Source: Octopus bimaculoides
Lineage: Eukaryota
Direction: 5' to 3'
NCBI RefSeq assembly: GCF_001194135.2
Contig: NC_069005.1
Location: forward strand, 3,036,452 to 3,099,330
DNA length: 62,879 nt
The position numbers and the translations under genes are program-made. The notes beneath the pieces were generated by a model. It was not told where the DNA came from. It ran no database searches and was given only the letters and a program-made list of their open reading frames with translations. Below are positions 27,865 through 41,389 of the stretch, in pieces (position 1 is the stretch's first letter; the number at the start of each line of letters is the position of its first letter).

Positions 27865-28000
27865 CATTTGGTGTGCAACTGGTACCTATTTTACCGATTC
27901 CCAAGGGAAGAAGAGTTGAAAAGGCAAAATTAAACTTTGGTGGCATTTGGATTTAGAACTTCCAGAACAAATGCCATTGTGCATTTTATCCGGCGTTCTA
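27865..28000 (-). mobile_element. SINE family 1, degenerate copy
   Basis: ctggtacctattttaccgat...gaaaaggcaaa...atttggatttagaac...cattttatccggcgttctaa. Confidence 0.6.
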
Positions 28001-28009
28001 ATAATAATA

Positions 28010-28064
<55 letters not shown>

Positions 28065-28066
28065 TT

Positions 28067-28116
<50 letters not shown>

Positions 28117-29244
28117 CATGATCATGATGTCAACGACGACTATGACCACGACTATCACGATGGTGATGATGATGGTGATGATGATGAAAGAGTAGAACAA
28201 GGAGAAAGAGGAAGAGGAGGAGGAGGAGGAGGAGGAAGGGAAATCAGCGGAGGAAAGGAAGAAGGACGAAGGTGAGAAACAGAAGAAATAAGGGGAAGAG
28301 GATTAAAATGTGGAGGAAGGGGGAAAAGGGGAAGCAGAAGATGATGTTGATGATGATGATGATGATGATGATTATGGCGATGGAAGTGATGGCGGTGTTG
28401 CTGTTGTTGTTGGTGGTGGTGGTGGCCGTGATGATGATGATGTCGACGATGCTGATGATGACGATGATGGAAGAGAAAAACAAGAAGGAGGAGGGGCAGG
28501 AGGTAGAAATGGGGTGGCGGAGGAAGGTAAAAAAGAAGGATATAGAGAAGGAACATTATATTGCTGTTGCCGCCAACTAGTTTAAATGTACCTTGGACTC
28601 AAAATATCCTTGCACAGTACAGTGCTAATAAACTTGTATCGTTTATTCTAATGTACCCATCCATACCCGTAATTTCGTTTAATTATTTAAGTATGTTTAA
28701 TATTTGTATAATTTCAAGTGTGACCACCCTCTTTTACGGAAAAAAAAATCAGTAATCTGGAAAGGCTACAGAAGTAATGGTTCCGAAAAATCGATGTTGT
28801 ACTCGAATGAAAAATTATGAAATTACCAACAGCAACATTTGCAGTATGGGTAACAACAACAACAGCAACAACAACAAACACAACAAAAACAGCAATCACG
28901 ATGACAACAGCAAGATCAACAACAGCTCAGCAACAACAACAACTGACAGTAAAACAACAACAAGAACAGCAATAACATTACCTCAACAGTAATAACAATG
29001 ACAACAACAACACTCATAGCAACAACAATAGATAAAATACCCCATCGACATCAGCAATAACAAAAATATAAATAATGAAGAACCATAGAAATAACAAAAA
29101 CTAGTAACCGAGACTAGTAGCACCTACAGAATCAACAACAACAACAACACCAACAAAAAGAAAAAAAGAAAAAAAATCATGGGTTATAACAACAACAATA
29201 ACAGTAAAAATGAAAAAAAATCTTTAGTAAAAAAAATAATAATG

Positions 29245-29338
<94 letters not shown>

Positions 29339-29540
29339 TACGAACAATATCAATAACAACACTAATAAAAAAAAGTAACAATAAAATTACGTCAGTTATA
29401 AAAGAAAGAAAAAAAAACACAAAATAAATAAATAAATGAATCCGTAGTAACAACAAACACAGCAACAATACCAACACGAACAACATCAATAACAAGTATT
29501 ATAACAACAACAGCAACAACTACAGCAATAATTATAATAA
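28000..29540. repeat. Mosaic of (TAA)n, (GAT)n, (GGA)n and (CAA)n repeats
   Basis: Successive trinucleotide tracts; all ORFs here are homopolymeric. Confidence 0.85.
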
Positions 29541-29744
29541 GAGTGGCAACAGAAATAAGATGAAAGACTTTAATATGAAAGGCATCAGAAGATTCTAGTT
29601 ACAAAATCGTTGGTTGTAATAGTTTGGTAGAAGTTTCGACTTGTATCGAACTAACTGAATAGTTTAGTAGCGTATTGATCTACGGTTTGTAACTAACCTA
29701 CAACAAACACTAACACATTACTGTTATTAATATTAAGCGATGTC

Positions 29745-30058
29745 AAAGGTGGAAAAATGGCGCAATTGTTAACGCGACGAGCAAAAAAAAAAATGTTTCG
29801 CGGTATTTCTTCTCTTTCAGTGTGTGTTTCTTATTATTATAACGTTGTGAGTTAAGGCTGGGAACTAACAGAAGCGTTAACAGGCCGGGCAAAAACGCTT
29901 AGCGGCATTTCGTCTGACTTTAAACTATGAGTTCAAATTCCGCCGAGGTTGACTTTGCTTTTCATCCTTTCGGGATCGATGAATTAAGTACCAGTGAAAC
30001 ACAGCTCCCCTCCCCAATAATTGTCAGCTCTTGAACCTTTATTAGGAAGGATTATTTC
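29745..30058 (+). mobile_element. SINE family 1: head fragment (29745-29812) plus a copy (29853-30058)
   Basis: gcttagcggcatttcgtctg...gagttcaaattccgccgaggttgactttgcttttcatcctttcgggatcgatgaattaagtaccag. Confidence 0.85.
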
Positions 30059-30094
30059 GTTCCGAATTAAGGTGGTGAACTGGTAGGACCGTGA

Positions 30095-30230
30095 ATAGGC
30101 TTAATTTATCGCCCACAAAAGGATGACAGGCAAATCCTACATCGTCGGAATTTGAACTCAGAACACTGAAACGGACGAAATTCAAGTTAATCAATTATCC
30201 GGCGTTTATCTAACGATTCTCCCAGCTCAC
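30095..30230 (-). mobile_element. SINE family 1 copy
   Basis: aatttatcg...aaaaggatgacaggcaaa...cggaatttgaactcagaac...acggacgaaat...aacgattctcccagctc. Confidence 0.8.
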
Positions 30231-30321
30231 TTACTTCTGTACAAAGAAAGAAAAGTACATTCATATACAGTAATACACGTACATATGTAAGCTTTTATCT
30301 TTTCTTTCTTTTTTTATATGT

Positions 30322-30420
30322 TGAGGGGAGCGATTCTCGTCAATCACATCGATCTTCTTACTGGATTGGTACTTTATTTTATCGACCTCGAATCCACAAG
30401 GCACACATTTGACTTGGGCA
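30322..30420 (-). mobile_element. SINE family 1 fragment
   Basis: caatcacatcgatc...ggtactttattttatcgacctcgaa. Confidence 0.6.
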
Positions 30421-31340
30421 GTTCTTCAACTGAAATCGTAAAGTGTTGGTACAAATACAGCAGAGTATATTTCCAAGGAAATCGCTGGCCTTGTGCCGAA
30501 ATTTAAAATCAAAATATGCATGTGAGAGTTGCGAAGAATGTGTTTAACGTGCAGGCTGGTGTATACAATAGCGTTACACCACTAGACTAAGTGGCTCTTT
30601 AAGCAATTGGTGTGGGAATGGTTAATGAGTTGGGTCTGGTGCTGAAGAAGGATAAACAACTACGAAAATATTCATATACACCCATGACCTATTCTTTAAA
30701 ATTTTCGATCTCATTGTCTTTATACATGAATTCGTATTCAAAACGTCATAACCGTCAATGGTGGCGCTAAATTCTATAGCAAATATATAGAGATAACTTA
30801 AAAGTGATATAAATGTGAATGTATGTATGTACGTATGAATGGATGGATGTATGCATGAATGTGAGTAGGTAACAGTTAATGAGACATTTTACTCTTGTTC
30901 TTGCTTTCATTTGACATTGCGTGTCAAACTAAAATTTCTCCTCGTTTACTCTCTCTACATCACTTTAACATTTCTCATACGCATGCGCACACACACACAT
31001 ACCGCACACACAGAATCTTTCCCCGCTCATTGTCTCACTTCACTCCATATTGCTTTTATTTCAAACCTTAAACATTCCTCTATCTCACCTGCCATGTATC
31101 AGAGATATCACTTGCCAAACTTATCAATCAATATATAAGATCTATTATCCATAATACACCCACTCACTTTCTCGTTCCACACACACACACAGACAGACAG
31201 ACAGACAGACACATACACACATACACAAACACACAGTTAATATATATATATATTTTATATGCTTATAAACACATGTATGTATGTTTGTAGCACATGTATA
31301 TGTGTGCATATATATATACATATATATGAATATCTATATT

Positions 31341-31377
<37 letters not shown>

Positions 31378-31380
31378 ACG

Positions 31381-31414
<34 letters not shown>

Positions 31415-31483
31415 CGTATATATTATATGTATATATGTAGACACATATATGTGTGTATGTGTGTGAGTATGTATCTATTTATA

Positions 31484-31525
<42 letters not shown>

Positions 31526-31934
31526 TATGTATGTATGTATGTGTGTGTGTCCTTATGTGTGTGCGTGTGTGTGGGTGTTTGTGTGTGTGTGTGTGTGGAG
31601 ACAGAGGAAGAGAGTGACAGAAAGAGAGAGAGATAAATCTCTGGTAATTGTGCGACTATGTGAGTCTTCATTGCCAATATTTATGTTTCTACGCTTTCCG
31701 CTTCTCATACGTTTCCATGTTTCCATGTTTCCATGTATGTCTTCAATTCACCTTTCAAACAGTATAAAGAGCAAAAAAAAAAAACCGAAAAAAAACACAA
31801 GATATATGAAAATATCGCAAATTAAAGGAATGCCTGAATATCAAAGCTTCTACTATTTCAATTCTTTTGCGAAGGTAACCAATATACTTAGCATTCACCG
31901 AATTACCCGCTACGTAAGTGTCTGCCGCCCCAAC

Positions 31935-32100
31935 GTCTTTATATATTGCAGAAACAATATCACAGCGGACAATATGCTAAGAGGTATTTAATGTTTTCAA
32001 GGTCGATAAAATAAGTAGAATATCAATACAGGGTTTGATATAATTGTTTACCTCCTCTCGAAATTTCAAGGTTTGCGCTTAGAGCATAAAGGGTAATTAG
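31935..32100 (+). mobile_element. SINE family 1, internally deleted copy
   Basis: Head ggacaatatgctaagaggtattt joined to aaggtcgataaaataagta...cctcctctcgaaatttcaagg. Confidence 0.55.
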
Positions 32101-32104
32101 CTGT

Positions 32105-32420
32105 CTCTATAAGGTGTTGCTAATGTCGCCGTCATCCCATGCAAGCAATGGTGTTTTCGGAAAATCTGCAGCGGCACAGGCCACATATTTACTCTAAGAC
32201 TTCTCCGATGTATAAAAGTGCAGACGATCCATACTTGCGTCACCTTTCGAAAGCGTTTGATGAAATGCTGTGCAGAGATTTCTGGTGGTGCAATGAGTCG
32301 AGTGACGATACATTAAACTTATCGAGGAGTGGAATTTGGGATGTTTAATAATGTCTGTTAGGAAAGAAGAGCATTGCTATAACTTCCGAATGATGCCAAA
32401 CCACTCCCGAAGTAAAGAGG
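32105..32420 (+). mobile_element. Non-LTR retrotransposon reverse transcriptase fragment (RTE/L2-like)
   Basis: KQWCFRKICSGTGHIFTLRLL, frameshift, then SKAFD...FWW...TLNLSRS; matches the RT subdomain pattern QxGFRKGRSxTDHIFTLRQL...DxSKAFD...LW. Confidence 0.7.
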
Positions 32421-32594
32421 CCAACATTTCGTCTGAAAGAAAACCCACTCGGTTGCAGGGTTACCCATTTATAACTGAAGTTGAATGGGTCAATTTAGGG
32501 TTGATCATAGAACCATCCATCCAAAATGTTTAGGGGTACTGTCCGGAAGCACCTCTTCCATAAGGTCCTCTCAGACACAACCGTCGTTACAATT

Positions 32595-32840
32595 TCCGTA
32601 CAAACTGCTAAGCGGCATTTCAACCGTATTTACGTTCCGAGTTCGAATTCCGCCGAGGTCGCCAATGTTTTTTTTTTAGTCCTTTCTTGGTCGATAAGAT
32701 TAGTACCAGTTGTGTATTGGAGTAGATGTAATCGATGTATACCCTCCCTGAAAATCGCTGGCATTGGGCCAACATTTGAAGCCATTATTATTCAGAATCG
32801 TTAGCATGCCGGACTAAATTCTTAACGGCATTACATCCGC
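32595..32840 (+). mobile_element. SINE family 1 copy followed by a second head fragment
   Basis: gctaagcggcatttc...gagttcgaattccgccgaggtcg...ggtcgataagattagtaccag...tttgaagccattattatt, then cagaatcgttagcatgccggac. Confidence 0.82.
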
Positions 32841-32984
32841 TTTTCGATTCGTACGTTTGGATGTATGTAATCAACTTACCTTGCACTTAACAACCTCAGG
32901 CTCCGTGCCGGAAATTGAAATCATTATATGTAAGTAATGTTTTATTTTATTATCTGCCTGCATTATAACATATTGGTTTCAGAA

Positions 32985-33185
32985 TATGGCACAAGGCCAG
33001 GAAATTCAGGGCCATGGGTAGGTCGATTTCCACGTTCCCAATGTCAAACTGATACCTGTTTTATAGAACCAGAAAAAATGACCGGCAAACGTGGCCCCGG
33101 CACATTTGTACTTAAAACATGAAGTCGGAATAAATGAACACGACCCTTCATTTTTCCCGGCATGCTAACTATACCGCAAGCTCAC
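32985..33185 (-). mobile_element. SINE family 1, degenerate copy
   Basis: ggcacaaggccaggaaatt...gtcgatt...actgatacctgttttatag...cccggcatgctaac. Confidence 0.65.
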
Positions 33186-33889
33186 TGACTCTCGCATTTT
33201 GCAATATCAATTATCACTACATATCTGCACACTTCTATAACCAGGTCACCGATACAATTCCATTCCAAGAAAGGAAATACTACCAGTAATCCTGCTGACG
33301 TATTTCGAAGTTCTTTTGACACTGTCTAATGCCATCGTAACGTAAGACAAAAGTAAGTATAAAGGCATAGCTGTTCTTTGTAATCCTTTCATGACAATTC
33401 CACAATGAAATTCTTCAATCACGCTGTAGTACAGAATTACTTTATTTTTTTTTTTCATTTTCCTTTTAAGCTTAGATAATTCTTTCATGTTATAATTTTT
33501 TAAAATTATTTATTTGTTTTATGTGAAATAACCATTCCTATCTTCTTTCATTGAAACTCTCCATCCTCTATACACGAACGAAATAAATTTAAAAAAAGAA
33601 CTACACTTTAAAACATCATATATTTCCTTTCGTTTTCACTGGTTATTTTTTCACCTTCAAAAAGTAACTATGGAAATAATAGCGTAAAAACCAAAACCAA
33701 ATCCAATTATATAACGTTGCACTGATATTTAATTAATTGGAACCCTGGGTCAAACAGATATCTTACAATAAAGAATACGGCGAAAAATCAATACTTGTAA
33801 TAGGAACGTAACAATACCAAAATATAGCAAGAAATTCATGGTTAATATCAAAAACATCAAAAACAAAGTGATAACAACAGTAATAACGG

Positions 33890-34115
33890 ATTCAAATTTC
33901 GGTATAGGGCTTGCAATTTTCAAAGGGGATGGGGTGGAAATCGATTAAGTCGACACCAGAATTTCACTGGTACTTATTTTATCGAACCCACCCCACAAAT
34001 GATGAAAGCCAAAGTTTTAGCTTGGCGGTATATGAATTCAGAATATAATTACGACATGAAATGTCACTATGCATTTAGTCCGGCATGGTAATGATTCTGC
34101 CAGTCCGCCACCTTG
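33890..34115 (-). mobile_element. SINE family 1 copy
   Basis: atcgattaagtcgacaccag...ctggtacttattttatcga...gatgaaagccaaag...ccggcatggtaatgattctgccagtccgccacctt followed by (TAA)n. Confidence 0.85.
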
Positions 34116-34118
34116 TTG

Positions 34119-34186
<68 letters not shown>

Positions 34187-34320
34187 ACGAAGCAGAAGAA
34201 GAAGAAGAAGAAGAAGAAGAAGAAGAAGAAGAAGAAGAAGAAGAAGAAGAAGAAGAAGAAGAAGAAGCGGAAGAAGAAGAAGAAGAAGAAGAAGAAGAAG
34301 AAGAAGAAGAAGAAGAAGAA
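34119..34320. repeat. (TAA)n-(GAA)n compound microsatellite
   Basis: About 21 TAA units followed by about 40 GAA units. Confidence 0.95.
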
Positions 34321-34344
34321 AATCTTTTGAAATTGTGTGATTTG

Positions 34345-34522
34345 AGAGCGTGGGTATCAGTGAAAATGCTCAGCTGGCCTTAAATCTAGCAGTTCGGGAA
34401 AAGAAAACCGCTAAAATAAGTACCATGCGGAAAGAAGAGTACCGGGGTCGATCCGTTCGACTGAACCCTTACGAAGTTGGTGCCCAAGTATGGCCGCAGT
34501 CTAATGGCTAAAGCATGTGAAA
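34345..34522 (+). mobile_element. SINE family 2, 3' half
   Basis: ctagcagttcgggaaaagaaaaccgctaaaataagtacc...ggggtcgatccgttcgact...ggtgcccaagtatggccgcagtctaatg. Confidence 0.75.
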
Positions 34523-35614
34523 GTTATACTGCAATATCATACGAAACATTCTCGTGTGTATGGGTTTGTGTATGAAAGTAAATTTTCCATCACAATAAAT
34601 TTCACGAAATTTTCATAATCAAAATCTTTTATGAGATTTGATAAAAAAAAATTGCTTATTGATTTATCTACAAAATTAAAATTATTTCTTTTTATATATA
34701 AAATAAGAATTTCTCTTTTGATTCCGTACTTAAATGGCTGACTCCGACTTCTGCAATCTACATAATTCTAATTTTACTCTAATTTTTCCATTTTGTGGCT
34801 AACACTGAAATATTTAGTAAGTGAAGATATTTTGGTGCATTAGTTCCACTGTATAATATTTCTTTCGGTGGTTTTTCGTGGCCAAGCGAATCACGATTCA
34901 AGCAAATACAGCACGATTCGAGGAAATATGTCCTTTCGAATGGTGGTTACAAATAGAATCCTCACAAAAGGTGGCATTTCGAAAATAGCAGTAGAATACG
35001 TACGAATCACGACCCACGTGAACCCGGCACTCTTAGTGTCAGGTACTAGCAGATTGATATACTTGATTGACGAGTGGTTCTTCATCTGAAGAATTCTGCT
35101 GTTGTCCGCTCGCCCCGAACGCAAATTTCACTAGAGAAAAATCTTTTATTACGTTTAGACGTCAAAATAATACGTATAATCATATGACCTACAAAGATCA
35201 TCTCACCTAGACACAAATATGCACACACCACACCTCAAGAACATAACTTATATCTCAAATATTTCGACATATAGAATTATTGTATTATTCATCGATGACG
35301 GAGTTAGTTTAGAATTCACTATTCAATACCGTACGTTGGTATTCCGTCCTTTCATTCACTCCATTCTTTGAACTGATCCACCACAATCTTGCACAGTTTT
35401 GATATTTATTTCAGCAGAGAGCGAACAGGCATTGATGGACATTTATTTTATTTTTTGTTACTGTATGTGATGGGGGAAAATATTTTTTAAACTTGGTTCC
35501 ATGAGTAAGAAACTTCTGAATGTGAACTTACAAGGCACAATTCTGGGTTGGTAAGAGAAGTTGTCAGTCGTAAAAACGTCAACGGAAATCTATATAAAAA
35601 AACTGGTGGATGTA

Positions 35615-35670
<56 letters not shown>

Positions 35671-35951
35671 AATTTGTCTGAGTATATCTCTATCTGCCCA
35701 TCTCTCCCTCACACACAAACGCAAAGACACACGCATATACATATTTACAGAGAAAGAGAGAGAGAAATGAGGAAGAGTGAGAAAGGGAGAGATACAAAAC
35801 ACACACGCCTATATATACGCATGTATACACACTTATATACGCTTCTACTTAATACAGAAAAGTATATATATATATGTGTGTATATATATATGTATATGTG
35901 TATGTGTCTCTGTGTGTATACATATGTATATATACTCATCTGTGCATGCAT

Positions 35952-36007
<56 letters not shown>

Positions 36008-36488
36008 NNNNNNNNNNNNNNNNNNNNNNNNNNNNNNNNNNNNNNNNNNNNNNNNNNNNNNNNNNNNNNNNNNNNNNNNNNNNNNNNNNNNNNNNNNNNN
36101 NNNNNNNNNNNNNNNNNNNNNNNNNNNNNNNNNNNNNNNNNNNNNNNNNNNNNNNNNNNNNNNNNNNNNNNNNNNNNNNNNNNNNNNNNNNNNNNNNNNN
36201 NNNNNNNNNNNNNNNNNNNNNNNNNNNNNNNNNNNNNNNNNNNNNNNNNNNNNNNNNNNNNNNNNNNNNNNNNNNNNNNNNNNNNNNNNNNNNNNNNNTA
36301 TACATATATATATATATACACACATATATATAAACTCACAATATTTCGCATCTATTCCAACAACGTTAAACTTTCACATACTTCCTTATGATCCTCTTCA
36401 CCAGGGTACCTACCATGCATTTTTGACATTTACAGAAATGTTACATGCAATAAATTGGGGATTTGGGACACTTGCATTATTTTCACCC

Positions 36489-36529
<41 letters not shown>

Positions 36530-37193
36530 CAACACACAGAGAAACCACTCCCTGTAACCCTAAGCAACAATGAATTAAATATCAGCAATTTTGACATTTA
36601 ATTTTCTGAATGAATCTAAAATTTGGTCTTCAACAACAACAACTACAAAAGGAAACACCTCTGCTCTCAGAGGCGAGAACACGTATACGACACCTTGATT
36701 GCTAGAAATAACAACAACATATCTGCCTGCTTTAAAACTACAGTGAAGTTCTGTGTAACGCATTATAAACCATTTGTTTGTTGCTATTGAAATATCTTTA
36801 TCCTTGGTGTGCTAAATTTGGCCTCACTTAATCCAGCACAATACTCTTACAGTGAGGTTTCTACGAGGTCGCTTGATCTGTTATGAATTACTTATGAATT
36901 GTTATAAATCTTCCTAAAATCGTATCCAAACACCGTACGTAAAAGTGGATATTCTATAATGCAAAGAATGCATACAGACATATATATATATATGCACGCA
37001 TGCATACACACATACACATACACACACACACGCACACACATATATTTATATATCATAAATTTGTCTACGGGAAACGTTTTGAATGTGCAAATAAATCTCC
37101 TGTCCCAGTATGCCGGCCACAGTCTAATGATGTTGATTTTTGAACCAGCATTTTGTTGTTGCATCGAGCTGTACCGTTTAAATAAATTTTAGC

Positions 37194-37235
<42 letters not shown>

Positions 37236-37455
37236 CCTTGTATCAATGTATCACTACACGCGTTTCCACAAATCACATGTTTCTTAAGATAATATTCCGT
37301 ATTACTGGGATGATTACAGTTCAGTCCGTAGTATCGGGGGCATCGGGTAGACGATATTAATGGACTCATTGCCGCAGGCGATATAACATCAATGGATGTT
37401 TACCAGTGGGATATGGAGAAAAATATACATATATATCTGCATACATACATACACT

Positions 37456-37525
<70 letters not shown>

Positions 37526-38154
37526 CACACAATCATATATATATGTATGTATGTATCAATCTCTATATACATATATATATATATATATATACATATATAT
37601 AGATATATATATATTTAGAGAGTGAGAGAGAGATAGTTACATCCATCCATATATACAAACATCCATATATGTATGTATATGGATCAAAAGTCTTTCTCAG
37701 TTAACTGTTGAGTCGCAACTGTTATTTTATCAGGCTTCTCAATCCGGTTTTACCCAGGGCTAAACAGCAACAATCAATTATACAATATGACCTAACGCCA
37801 TGTTGTACAGGGGACGGTTTTTCACTTTCTGTTTTGAAAAGATTTTTAAAATAGCTTAAATAAATTTTATTGCATGTTTCAAGAAATTTGTGTTCGGGAA
37901 ATGAATTAAGACGGCTTCTTTTGTGTAGAATTTGCAGTTTGGAATCTAGGTGAAGATAGATGAAGCACGTGAAAAGAATGATTAAGAATTCAATAGAAAG
38001 ACATGGTTTTGTCAATGATATATTACATTTGGTGCCACAGAGCCAAGAGCAAAATTCACATTAGTATGGAGCAAAATAAAACAAGATATTCCCATGCCGA
38101 GTTAAGAGCACGTCATATATAAGATATCACCAAACTGCGGTAGTCGTGAAATAA

Positions 38155-38700
38155 AGAAGTTGAAGGAGAAGAAGAAGGGTAAACATGATGATGATGGTGA
38201 TGATGATGATGAAGAAGAGGACGAGGGGAGGTAGATGTAGAAGAAAGAGATGAAGAAGAAGAAGAAGAAGAAGAAGAAGAAGAAGAAAAAGAAGTATACC
38301 AAAATGATCGTGATGATGCAGCTGCTGCTGATGATGATGAAGACGAGGAGGAGGAAGATGCAGATAGAAAAGAAGAGGAAAAAGAAGGGTAACATGATGA
38401 TGCTCATGATGATGAAGAAGAGGACGAGGGGAGGAAGATGTAGAAAGAGAAAAATAAGATGAAGGAGGAGGAGGAGGAGGATAACATGATGATGATGATG
38501 AAAAAGAAGAGGACGAGGGGAGGAAAATGTTGAAGCAGAAGGATGACAAAGTGATGATGATGATGAGGAAGATGTAGAAAGAAAAGAAGAAGAAGAAGAA
38601 GAAGAAGAAGAAGAAGAAGAAGAAGAAGAAGAAGAAGAAGGAGAGGAAGAAGAAGAAGAAGAAGAAGAAGAAGAAGAAGAAGAAGAAGAAGAAGGAGAAA
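38155..38700. repeat. Purine-rich higher-order repeat ending in (GAA)n
   Basis: Three copies of aacatgatgatg...gaagaggacgaggggagg.a.atgt embedded in GAT/GAA tracts. Confidence 0.75.
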
Positions 38701-39450
38701 GGTTTGGAGAACACGGATAAGTAGAAGGTGTAATTTGGAGAAAAAGTAAATCGATGCATTATACGTTTAAGCAGACATTGCAGGATCATAGATCAAGAAG
38801 CGAAAGAAAGAAAACGCTGGAGGATTCTGTTAATATATCATCATCTTCTTAAAAGAAGTGATAAGCCTACTTTGGTAAAGGAATCGTGTGAGATAAAAAC
38901 ATAGCTCTCGCTTTTATTGTATTCAACGAATGATTTATGCCACTCAAAGTTTGTCATTTGTAGTCATGAATCAAACGCCGGAGCGGATTCTGTATTAACT
39001 ACACTGACTTATACACGACAGCCTAAAGAGACAATCCCATCTTATCAGAATAAGGTTAGATAATAATAAGTCATATAAATGAAGAGATTAGCGTATCTCT
39101 CAAATGTTTACTTATGATCTTAGCGCTTGATTATATTCAAATAGTAATTCGATTGTTCCGTCCGGTTTCCGATGAAATCTAAGTTGCTTCTTGTTGCCTT
39201 TTACCGTCTTAACAACTTTTGTTTTTGTTAGGTAGTCGTCTAATCCTTTCTAATCCGTTTACTATATTTATAACTCATATATAAAAGCAGAAGAGACTCG
39301 TTTATCAATCAACTGATTACTGATTGCGATAGCTCTTCGACTTTGTTTTTCCAATAGAATTCCTTACTTCCGTTCGCTTTTCGATGAATACTACGAAACA
39401 TGGTGAATTCGGTAGAACAATTAATCATCATGATGAGATAATGGCGATTA

Positions 39451-39552
<102 letters not shown>

Positions 39553-39689
39553 ATGATGATGATGAAGGTGATGACGATGATGTTGGTGATGATGATAATA
39601 ATAATAAAAATAATGAGGATAATGATGATGATGATGATGTTAGATTTTGGCAAAAGACCAGCAACTCCGTGCGAGAGGTGAGTCGAATA

Positions 39690-39845
39690 TATTGCCCCCA
39701 ATGACCCACTGGTAATTATTTCATTGACCTCAAAGTGATGATAGGCAAAGTCGACCTCGGCAAAATTTGATCTCAGAACGTAAAGACGGACGAAATGTAG
39801 TTAAGCATTTTCTCTCCCATGCTATGGACTCTGCTCAACGCCATT
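39690..39845 (-). mobile_element. SINE family 1 copy
   Basis: ctggtaattatttcattgacctc...ggcaaagtcgacctcggcaaaatttgatctcagaacgtaaagacggacgaaatg. Confidence 0.82.
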
Positions 39846-41352
39846 ATACATTTCACGATAGAAAAAGCATAACAACAGAATTTTAATCTGTTCTTTACAT
39901 GTGTATATCGATAAGTATTAATTTCTTCGCTCCAGCTGAAAGTCTTCTATACCTGTAAGGTAAAATCCCTTATTATTTCGCGTGAAACATGTGTGCAAGC
40001 AGTGATTAGATTATTCTGCTCCTACTACTGTATTTTCCTGCATAGAAGTCAAACTGATCAGAATGTAATTTACAGCCAACATAAATGTAAATCGACTGCT
40101 TTTAGAAAGCGATTTTCGAGAACCAAGAACACTGTGTAGAACGCTGCAGAATCTGGAAAGATGGCGACGCAGTTTGTATGTTTAAACTCATCGTTTCTCT
40201 ATATGCTACGTCAATTTTTAAGCCGTAAATACGGCATAATTGACAGTCAGATTACTATCAAGGGTATATGGATGTTGTTATTGAAAAAAAAAAAAATCAA
40301 ATCATACATATTGCTAGACATTATTTGTCATTCAGAGGCGTGATTTCTAAAATCCCGTCTCAACAAACTGCACGTTTCGGTCCTGATATAGCTTCGTCAG
40401 TTGAAAATACAGAAACTGAATCTCAACAATGTGACTTACATAAAACATATTATGGTGACAACATTAAGCCATTTCACATAAATAGTATTAGTGATAAAAT
40501 TGACATTGTTACAGATGAAAATTTGATAGCGGAGGCGTAATTGTAGGTTAGAGTAATATTGAGATATAATTGATAAGAGAAAAACAAAACCACAAACAAT
40601 CTCATGAAACGAAACGACAAAACATAATTACAATAAAAATGATAAAATATTTCAGGCTTTACATCCTGTCAAATTTTAAAAAAATACTGTTATTATCTAG
40701 CTAAACACGCATGTATGTATGTATGTATGTATGTATGTATGTATGTATGTATGTATGTATATGTCTCCCTCTCTTTCTCTCTGTCTCTGTATACAAATAT
40801 ATCGGGATATATACATACATATATAACATACCTACCTACATAATTAACATACATACAAATATACATACGGGATACATGCGTGTGTGTGTGTGTGTGTCTG
40901 TGAGAGAGTGTCTACCTATTTTACTTTATCGCTACGCATTCAGTTATCTGTCTGTTGTATTTTGTATTTGGTTGGCTTTCCCTAAGCTCCCAGTCTTCCT
41001 CTATACCCCATGTACATAATGTCTCTCACTCCCACTTCTGATGTGTCTGCGTATACAATATATATATANNNNNNNNNNNNNNNNNNNNNNNNNNNNNNNN
41101 NNNNNNNNNNNNNNNNNNNNNNNNNNNNNNNNNNNNNNNNNNNNNNNNNNNNNNNNNNNNNNNNNNNNNNNNNNNNNNNNNNNNNNNNNNNNNNNNNNNN
41201 NNNNNNNNNNNNNNNNNNNNNNNNNNNNNNNNNNNNNNNNNNNNNNNNNNNNNNNNNNNNNNNNNNNNNNNNNNNNNNNNNNNNNNNNNNNNNNNNNNNN
41301 NNNNNNNNNNNNNNNNNNNNNNNNNNNNNNNNNNNNNNNNNNNNNNNNNNNN

Positions 41353-41389
<37 letters not shown>

